Program-made: the position numbers and the translations under genes
Shown: piece by piece, positions 56,374-64,000 of the stretch
Position numbering within the stretch: the stretch's first letter is position 1
Layout of the letters: the number at the start of each line of letters is the position of its first letter
Assembly: GCA_046483305.1 (NCBI GenBank)
Contig: JAWODM010000014.1
Span: 59,367-123,366, forward strand
Origin: Candidatus Krumholzibacteriales bacterium
GTDB taxonomy: Bacteria; Krumholzibacteriota; Krumholzibacteriia; Krumholzibacteriales; WJIX01
Direction: 5' to 3'
Length of the DNA: 64,000 bases
Notes under the pieces: generated by a model
What the model saw: the letters and a program-made list of their open reading frames with translations, nothing else
The model's database searches: none
Told to the model about the DNA's origin: nothing

Positions 56374-58452
56374 TTGAAGCAGTACAATATCGAAGATTTA
56401 AGAAATGTGGTGTTCGTGGGGCACCAGTCTTCAGGGAAAACATCCCTTTGTGAAGCGATACTTTTCAATACCGGGATTATCAACAGAATGGGAAGCGTTG
56501 AAAACGGCAATACCGTTATGGATTCCGACCCGGAAGAGAAGGAACGTAACATATCGGTTTCGATGAGCATAGCCGCCATCGAAAAGGACGGAAAGAAGAT
56601 AAACCTGATCGATACTCCCGGGTATGCCGATTTCATTGGGCAGATGCTTTCCGGGATAAGTGTCGCTGAAAGCGGCGTGATAGTGATCCCCGCTGACGGA
56701 GGGATTGAAGCCGGTTCCGAGGTCGCCAACAGCTACCTCAGGGATAAGGGAGCCCCCCGTTTCGTATGCGTAAACAAGATGGACAAGGAGCACGCCGATT
56801 TCGATAAATGCGTTCAGGAAGCCCAGAACGTCCTTGGAAAGGAAGTGATGCCGCTGATTCTTCCGGCAGGCAGCGGAGCGCAGTTCAGGGGTGTTGTCAA
56901 TATTCTGGAGAACAAGGCGTATATTTACAGCGAAGGCGGAAAATTCAGCGAGGAGGAAGTCCCCTCCGAACTTGAGGATAAGGTAAATTCTATCCGCGAG
57001 GAGCTTCGTGATTTTGCGGCCGAGAGCGATGATTCCCTGCTGGAGAAGTATCTGGAGACCGGCGAGCTGTCCGGCGAGGAGCTGGTGAGGGGGTTGAGCG
57101 CCGGATGCCGCCAGGGCACCCTGGTGCCGCTGGTGGTGACCTCGGCTGCAGAGAATGTAGGAGTACAGCAGCTTGTCGATATGATGATCAACATGTTTCC
57201 CTCTCCGGCATACTTCGAAGAGGTCAAGGTCCTCAAGGGAGGCGAAGAGACCGCTGTCAGTATAGATCCGGATTCGACTCCTCTGGCCTTTGTGTTCAAA
57301 TCGTATTCCGAGAAGAACGTGGGCAAACTCTCATATCTGAAAGTCCTCTCCGGCAGGATTACCAGCGGTATGGATATGTTCAACTCGACCGCCGAGACAT
57401 CCGTCCGGATCGGGCAGCTGTATTATGCCATGGGAAGCGAGAAGATCGAAACAGACGAAATTTCAACCGGCGATATCGGGGTGGCGGTAAAACTGAAGGA
57501 AGCAAGGGTTAATGATACTCTCTGCGACAAGGACAACCCGGTCCAGATCCCTGAGATAGAATATCCTGAACCTTCCATCAGAACCGGGATCGTGCCCAGG
57601 GATGAAAGCAACATGGACAAGGTCGGTATCGGCCTGAATAAACTGGCTGAAGAGGACCCCAGCTTCACCGTGGAGATCAGCCAGCAGCTGAACCAGACCA
57701 TACTTTCCGGCCAGGGAGAGCTCCATTTCAATGTTATACTGAGCAGGCTCAAGGACCGGCAGGGGGTGGAAGTGGACATGGTGGAACCGGGAGTGGAGTA
57801 TCTTGAGACCATTACCTCGACCAGCCAGGCCCAGGGTAAACACAAGAAGCAGAGCGGGGGAAGGGGCCAGTACGGAGATGTCTGGATCAAGCTGGAACCG
57901 CAGCCCCGCGGGGAAGGGTTTGAGTTCGTGAATGAGATCGTGGGAGGGGTTGTCCCCAGCAAGTTCGTTCCGGCGGTGGAAAAAGGTATAGTCGAAGCGA
58001 TGCAGAAGGGAGTGATCGCCGGATACAGGATGGTGGATGTGCGGGCCACTCTCTACGACGGGACCCATCACAGCGTGGATTCGTCCGAAGCGGCATTCAA
58101 GGCCGCCGGGTCCAAGGGATTCAAGGCCGCGGTAAAGGATGCCAAACCGGTGCTTCTGGAGCCGATAATGGAAGTGACGGTAAGGGTGCCGGAGAATTAT
58201 ATGGGTGATGTGATGGGCGATCTTTCCATGAGAAGGGGGAAGATACAGGGCACCGAACAGGACAACACCATGCAGATAATAAAGGCCCAGGTTCCGCTGG
58301 CTGAACTGTACAGGTATTCCACCTCCCTGAGGTCAATGACTCAGGGGCGGGCCAGTCATACCAGGGTATTCTCTCATTATGAGATAGTGCCTCACGAGCA
58401 GGCGCAGAAGTTAATAGCCCGGGCGAACATAGACGAAGAGGAATCTGATTGA
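56374..58452 (+). CDS. elongation factor G paralog with degenerate GTPase motifs
   Basis: Full EF-G domain order, including domains IV-V (HSVDSSEAAFKAAGS...LLEPIMEVTVRVPENYMGDVMGDLSMRRGKIQG). G1 is GHQSSGKT and switch II reads DTPGY rather than DTPGH. Not in a str operon. Confidence 0.8.
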   Translation: MKQYNIEDLRNVVFVGHQSSGKTSLCEAILFNTGIINRMGSVENGNTVMDSDPEEKERNISVSMSIAAIEKDGKKINLIDTPGYADFIGQMLSGISVAESGVIVIPADGGIEAGSEVANSYLRDKGAPRFVCVNKMDKEHADFDKCVQEAQNVLGKEVMPLILPAGSGAQFRGVVNILENKAYIYSEGGKFSEEEVPSELEDKVNSIREELRDFAAESDDSLLEKYLETGELSGEELVRGLSAGCRQGTLVPLVVTSAAENVGVQQLVDMMINMFPSPAYFEEVKVLKGGEETAVSIDPDSTPLAFVFKSYSEKNVGKLSYLKVLSGRITSGMDMFNSTAETSVRIGQLYYAMGSEKIETDEISTGDIGVAVKLKEARVNDTLCDKDNPVQIPEIEYPEPSIRTGIVPRDESNMDKVGIGLNKLAEEDPSFTVEISQQLNQTILSGQGELHFNVILSRLKDRQGVEVDMVEPGVEYLETITSTSQAQGKHKKQSGGRGQYGDVWIKLEPQPRGEGFEFVNEIVGGVVPSKFVPAVEKGIVEAMQKGVIAGYRMVDVRATLYDGTHHSVDSSEAAFKAAGSKGFKAAVKDAKPVLLEPIMEVTVRVPENYMGDVMGDLSMRRGKIQGTEQDNTMQIIKAQVPLAELYRYSTSLRSMTQGRASHTRVFSHYEIVPHEQAQKLIARANIDEEESD

Positions 58453-58473
58453 TAGTATAGCGGGAGGCATATA

Positions 58474-59229
58474 GTGTCAGGCCATTCCAAGTGGAGTACC
58501 ATAAAGAGGAAAAAGGCGAAGGAAGACGCCAAGCGCGGTAAGATATATACCAAGCTCATTAAGCAGATAGTGATTGCCGCCAAGGAGGGCGGTGGCGATC
58601 CGGAGGCCAACCCGGTTCTGAGAACCGCTGTCCAGAATGCCCGCGACAATAATATGCCGAAAAAGAATATCGCCAAGGCTATTAAGCGTGGCACCGGCGA
58701 GCTTCCCGGAATCAATTACGAACGGTGCTCCTTCGAGGGGTACGCCCCGGGGGGAGTGGCGGTATTCGTCAACTGCCTTACCGATAACCACAACCGGACC
58801 AGCGCCGAGGTCAGGCATATCTTCAATAAGTACAGCGGCCACCTTGGAGAACCTCACTCGGTTTCATACCTGTTTGAGCGGAAGGGGCAGATCGTATTCG
58901 AAGCATCGGAGATGGACGAGGAGACGGTGTACGAAATAGCGTTGGAGAACGGGGCTGAAGATATAAGCCTGGATAACGGTTACTATGAAATAATATCCGC
59001 ACCGGAAAACTTCGAGGCGCTTCATCAGAATATCGTCAAAGCGGGTATTGAATGCGAAACCGCCGAGATAACCCTCATCCCGAATTCAGAGGTTAAGCTG
59101 GACGCTTCTAACGCAGTGGGCGTTCTCAAGCTGCTGGACGCCCTGGAAGACCATGACGATGTGGAGAATGTCAGCTCGAATTTCGATATACCGGATGAGA
59201 TTCTGGAGCAGATACAGGATGAAATCTGA
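58474..59229 (+). CDS. yebC: YebC/PmpR-family transcriptional regulator
   Basis: MSGHSKWSTIKRKKAKEDAKRGKIYTKL N-terminus, about 250 aa. Confidence 0.9.
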   Translation: MSGHSKWSTIKRKKAKEDAKRGKIYTKLIKQIVIAAKEGGGDPEANPVLRTAVQNARDNNMPKKNIAKAIKRGTGELPGINYERCSFEGYAPGGVAVFVNCLTDNHNRTSAEVRHIFNKYSGHLGEPHSVSYLFERKGQIVFEASEMDEETVYEIALENGAEDISLDNGYYEIISAPENFEALHQNIVKAGIECETAEITLIPNSEVKLDASNAVGVLKLLDALEDHDDVENVSSNFDIPDEILEQIQDEI

Positions 59230-59306
59230 ATGATTTTCAACCCGGTCCTCCGCCGTTCGGACCGTGAGACCATGGATATATCTTTTGAAACAGGGATGAG
59301 GACGTT

Positions 59307-59801
59307 ATGTCACTGACGCTCGGTATCGATCCCGGCAGTTACTGTACCGGATACGGACTGGCCCGCTCCGAGGGCCGCAGGAATATCTACGTCGATTCCG
59401 GTGTTATCAGGGTCGGGAAGAACAAAAACAGGGCTGCGCGGCTGAAGGAGATCAAGGAGAAGGTAGACCGGGTGATAGAAATACACGATCCGGATGATGT
59501 GGCTATAGAGGGAATCTTCATATCAAAGAACCCTAAAAGCGCTTTTGCCCTGGGAGAGACCCGGGGGGTAATCCTTCTGGCCGCGGCACAGGCGGGGAAG
59601 GATATTTTCGAATATTCGCCCCGGGAAGTTAAAAGGAGCGTTGCCGGATCGGGCAACGCCCACAAGTCACAGGTAGCCGCCATGATAAGCAAGCTTCTGA
59701 ATCTGGAGCATCAGCCGGAGGTCACCGACGAAACGGACGCTCTGGCGATCGCGTTCTGCCACCTGGCCAGGCGGGCAGGCAGGCTGAAGGGGTTGATCTG
59801 A
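59307..59801 (+). CDS. ruvC: Holliday junction resolvase RuvC
   Basis: LGIDPGSYCTGYGL and ETDALAIAFCH motifs, 164 aa. Confidence 0.9.
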   Translation: MSLTLGIDPGSYCTGYGLARSEGRRNIYVDSGVIRVGKNKNRAARLKEIKEKVDRVIEIHDPDDVAIEGIFISKNPKSAFALGETRGVILLAAAQAGKDIFEYSPREVKRSVAGSGNAHKSQVAAMISKLLNLEHQPEVTDETDALAIAFCHLARRAGRLKGLI

Positions 59802-59802
59802 T

Positions 59803-60420
59803 TTGATAGCGACCATTGAAGGGGTTCTCAGGGCCAGAATGCCCGACAGTATCATTCTGGAAACCGGAAACTTCGGAATACAGGTTTTCGTTCCCGAAAA
59901 ACTGCTGCTGCGTCTCGGCCCGGAGGGAGAACCTCTCCGGCTCTTTACCTACATGCATGTCAGAGAGGATGCCATTACCCTGTACGGTTTCAGCGCCGAG
60001 AGCGAAAAGAGAATGTTCCTGGCCCTGCTGGGAGTAAGCGGAATCGGCCCCAGGGTTGCCATGGGTATCATATCGGCGTCCGGGGCTCCCGAAATAGCGT
60101 CCTTCATCACTTCCGAAGATACCGCCGCTCTGACCAGGTTCCCCGGGGTTGGCAAGAAGACCGCCGAGAGGATCGTGCTGGAGCTGAAGGACCGGCTGGA
60201 GCCGGCCGATTACGGGGTGGAGGAAATGCCCGGGGCCCCCTCTCTGGACAGCGAACTTATCGAAGATGTGGTGGCGGCCCTATGCTCTCTGGGGTTTTCC
60301 CGGAGGAGAGCCGCTATGGCGGTAACCGAGCTTGAACCGGCCGATATATCAGATTCGATGGAGGTGGGGGATATCGTCAGGGAAGTTCTCAGAAGGAACC
60401 CTCCGGGAGGAGTGAGATAG
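59803..60420 (+). CDS. ruvA: Holliday junction branch-migration protein RuvA
   Basis: MIATIEGVL...GVSGIGPRVAMGI HhH motifs, about 205 aa, adjacent to ruvC and ruvB. Confidence 0.9.
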   Translation: MIATIEGVLRARMPDSIILETGNFGIQVFVPEKLLLRLGPEGEPLRLFTYMHVREDAITLYGFSAESEKRMFLALLGVSGIGPRVAMGIISASGAPEIASFITSEDTAALTRFPGVGKKTAERIVLELKDRLEPADYGVEEMPGAPSLDSELIEDVVAALCSLGFSRRRAAMAVTELEPADISDSMEVGDIVREVLRRNPPGGVR

Positions 60421-60422
60421 TT

Positions 60423-61451
60423 ATGGAAAGACCGATCACCGGCCCTGACGCGGCCCCGGAAGAAATCAAGGCGGAATCCCTGCTCCGTCCCAGGACCCTT
60501 TCGGAATTCGTGGGGCAGGAGCGGCTGAAGGAGAACCTGCGGGTATACATAGAGGCCGCCAGGCAGCGCGGGGAACAGCTGGACCACGTACTTCTTCACG
60601 GCCCGCCCGGGCTGGGCAAGACCACCCTGGCCCATATCATAGCCAGGGAGTTGGGCTCCAACATCAACGTGGCCTCCGGGCCGGTATTTCAGAGCCCCGC
60701 CGAGCTCCTCTCCATCCTGACCCAGCTGGAGGAGAGAGATGTGGTATTCATAGACGAGATCCACCGGCTGAACAAGGTGGTGGAGGAGCATCTCTACCCG
60801 GCGATGGAGGAATTCCGCTGTGAGCTGATCGTGGACAAGGGGCCGCACGCCAGGCATTATTCGCTGAATATCGAACCGTTTACCATAGTGGGAGCCACCA
60901 CCAGGGCGGGGATGCTGACTCCCCCCATGAGAAGCAGGTTCGGGGTGGTGGCCCGCCTGGAGTTCTATTCCCCGGAGGAAATTATGGCGATAGTACTCCG
61001 CTCTGCCGGGGTGCTGGGGGTAAAGATAGACGAGCAGGGAGCAGAGGAGATTGCCAAGCGGTCGAGGGGAACACCCCGGATCGCCAACCGGATACTGAGA
61101 AGGGTCCGTGACTTCTCCCAGGTGGAGGGAACCGGAGAGATCGACAGGGAGATAGTGGAATATTCGCTGAACCGGCTTAATATAGACGGGCTGGGCCTGG
61201 ACGAGATGGACAGAAAGATACTGAGGGTCATCGCGGAGCAGTTCTGCGGCGGGCCGGCGGGGATAAAGTCGATAGCGGTGGCGGTCTCGGAGGAAGAGGA
61301 GACCATCGAGGATGTATATGAACCCTTCCTGATACAGAAAGGTTTCGTACAGAGGACAGCCAGAGGAAGAAAGATCACCGGAAGGGGGCTCCGGCATATC
61401 GGCCTGGATCCGTCCAGCTTTGCGGATAAGCAGCAGGACTTTTTCGAGTGA
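60423..61451 (+). CDS. ruvB: Holliday junction helicase RuvB
   Basis: LRPRTLSEFVGQE, Walker A LLHGPPGLGKTTLAHIIA, FIDEIHRL. Confidence 0.95.
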   Translation: MERPITGPDAAPEEIKAESLLRPRTLSEFVGQERLKENLRVYIEAARQRGEQLDHVLLHGPPGLGKTTLAHIIARELGSNINVASGPVFQSPAELLSILTQLEERDVVFIDEIHRLNKVVEEHLYPAMEEFRCELIVDKGPHARHYSLNIEPFTIVGATTRAGMLTPPMRSRFGVVARLEFYSPEEIMAIVLRSAGVLGVKIDEQGAEEIAKRSRGTPRIANRILRRVRDFSQVEGTGEIDREIVEYSLNRLNIDGLGLDEMDRKILRVIAEQFCGGPAGIKSIAVAVSEEEETIEDVYEPFLIQKGFVQRTARGRKITGRGLRHIGLDPSSFADKQQDFFE

Positions 61452-61466
61452 ATGCCCTGATCGGAT

Positions 61467-62525
61467 ATGATGAAGATTGAAGATTTCGATTACGAACTGC
61501 CTGACGAACTGATAGCTCAGTACCCCTCCCAGAAGCGCGAGCACAGCCGCCTGATAGTCTTCCGGCGAAAAAGCGGCAATATATCCGAGACCATTTTCTC
61601 GAATTTCATCAATTATCTTCAGCCCGGCGACCTTCTGGTGATCAACGACACCGAGGTTATCCCGGCCAGAATACTGGGAAACAAGGGCAGCGGCGGCGAG
61701 GTGGAGGTTTTCCTGGTAAGAAGAACCGGCGAGAGGAAATGGGCCGCCCTGGTGAAACCGTCCAGGAGGATCAGGGAGGGAACGGTTATAGAAATCGAGG
61801 GGGGCGAAGACAGTATAACCATAACCGGCGAGATAGGAAGGGGAAGCTGGGAGGTGGAGCTGGGAGGAGAGCTCCCCGAATACGAATTCATCGAGCGTTA
61901 CGGCCACGTGCCCCTTCCGCCCTATATAAAGAGGACGGATGAAGATATAGATTCCAGAAGGTATCAGACGGTATACGCGGAGAGAAAGGGGTCGGTGGCG
62001 GCCCCCACCGCCGGGCTTCACTTCAGCGAGGATATTCTCGGAGCCATCCGGCGGAAGGGATGCATGGTTCTGCCGGTAACCCTGCATATAGGCCCCGGCA
62101 CCTTCAGGCCCCTGGAGAATGAAAAGGTGGAAGATAACCGCCTCTCTCCCGAGGAGTTCAGGATCGACAGGGAGTACTGGGATATAATCAGGATGGCCCG
62201 GCGGGAGAGGCGAAGGGTGATTGCGGTGGGCACCACCACTACCAGGGTGCTGGAATCGATGGCTCACGGGGAATTCACCGAAAGAAGAGAGGAGAATGAG
62301 GGCGGCAGGGAGTATATCTGCGGCTCTACCGGGCTGTTCATCTACCCGGGATTCGAATTCCGGGCGGTGGACGCCCTGCTGACCAACCTGCACCTTCCCC
62401 GCTCTTCGCTTTTTCTGCTGGTAAGCGCCTTCGCGGGCAGGGAGAATATGCTACGGGTATACGAGTGGGCGGTTAGAAGAAAGATCAGATTCTACAGTTA
62501 CGGCGACGTTATGTTCATCACCTGA
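61467..62525 (+). CDS. queA: S-adenosylmethionine:tRNA ribosyltransferase-isomerase
   Basis: FDYELPDELIAQYP, HVPLPPYIKR, VAAPTAGLHFSE. Confidence 0.9.
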   Translation: MMKIEDFDYELPDELIAQYPSQKREHSRLIVFRRKSGNISETIFSNFINYLQPGDLLVINDTEVIPARILGNKGSGGEVEVFLVRRTGERKWAALVKPSRRIREGTVIEIEGGEDSITITGEIGRGSWEVELGGELPEYEFIERYGHVPLPPYIKRTDEDIDSRRYQTVYAERKGSVAAPTAGLHFSEDILGAIRRKGCMVLPVTLHIGPGTFRPLENEKVEDNRLSPEEFRIDREYWDIIRMARRERRRVIAVGTTTTRVLESMAHGEFTERREENEGGREYICGSTGLFIYPGFEFRAVDALLTNLHLPRSSLFLLVSAFAGRENMLRVYEWAVRRKIRFYSYGDVMFIT

Positions 62526-63665
<1,140 letters not shown>

Positions 63666-63693
63666 GTTCGAACTTTTTTTAAAGGGAGGAAAT

Positions 63694-64000
63694 ATGTCAT
63701 ACCTGTTTTTTGCGTTCAGCAACCCCTCAGCGGAGGGTGGCGGATCAACCTTTACCATGCTGATACCCCTGATAGCTATCTTCGTGATTTTCTACTTCGT
63801 GCTGCTGAGGCCTCAGCAGAAGAAGCAGAAGGAGCACCAGAAGATGGTTTCGGAACTAGGCAGGGGGGACATGATTATAACCAATGGAGGGCTTTACGGA
63901 AAGGTCTTCGACGTGAAGGAACACATCATCGTTCTCAAACTGACCGATGACGTAAAGGTGGAACTGGTCAAGAACGCCGTTGCCACCGTGGTGGAGAAAA
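63694..64000 (+). CDS. yajC: preprotein translocase subunit YajC (3' end outside window)
   Basis: ATG at 63694 after AAAGGGAGGA. The TM helix LIPLIAIFVIFYFVLLRPQQKKQKE is YajC-typical, and the tgt-yajC arrangement is conserved. No stop within the window. Confidence 0.8.
   Translation, partial: MSYLFFAFSNPSAEGGGSTFTMLIPLIAIFVIFYFVLLRPQQKKQKEHQKMVSELGRGDMIITNGGLYGKVFDVKEHIIVLKLTDDVKVELVKNAVATVVEK

Overview
This is a high-GC bacterial chromosomal window with short AT-rich intergenic spacers. Almost every gene is on the + strand; the one exception is a three-gene minus-strand island at 21.7-30.5 kb. Several secreted proteins end in a type IX secretion system (T9SS) C-terminal sorting domain, and there is an adjacent PorU-like/PorV-like gene pair. 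I read this as a member of the Fibrobacteres-Chlorobi-Bacteroidetes superphylum. That placement is inference from T9SS content, not a taxonomic assignment.

Gene content, left to right:
- The C-terminal part of dnaE, then a small outer-membrane-like gene, accA and a Trm112-like gene.
- A roughly 16.5 kb co-directional array, described below.
- The minus-strand island: a 2454-aa subtilisin (S8) T9SS cargo protein with a deep internal tandem duplication of about 730 aa, flanked by two small secreted proteins. The island is bracketed by a 27-28 nt direct repeat.
- thiC, a DinG-like helicase, hutU and hutI, a TPR protein, a PHP phosphoesterase, and a small TonB-dependent-receptor-like gene.
- A compact type IV pilus locus (pilB-pilT-pilC-pilS-pilR-pilA), with a sigma-54 promoter of canonical spacing upstream of pilA.
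- A duplicated structured roughly 85-nt element downstream of pilA. Compensatory base changes in its stems suggest a small structured RNA or a miniature inverted-repeat transposable element (MITE).
- GT2 and GT4 glycosyltransferases, a PDZ lipoprotein and a Yip1 membrane protein.
- An EF-G paralog whose switch-II catalytic His is replaced by Tyr.
- yebC, ruvCAB, queA, tgt and a partial yajC.

The 16.5 kb array is the strongest candidate for an undescribed system. It runs in order: YdjM-like membrane hydrolase, PorU-like C25 peptidase, PorV, an M6-type metalloprotease with FG-GAP repeats and a T9SS C-terminal domain, two tandem paralogous secreted proteins sharing an LPGLGQ motif, an NHL-repeat protein, a 1122-aa outer-membrane-type protein, and an Omp85/TamA-like barrel. 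Several genes in it are translationally coupled.

I found no CRISPR arrays, tRNAs, rRNAs or obvious transposase or integrase genes. All homology statements come from reading motifs by eye and need search confirmation.
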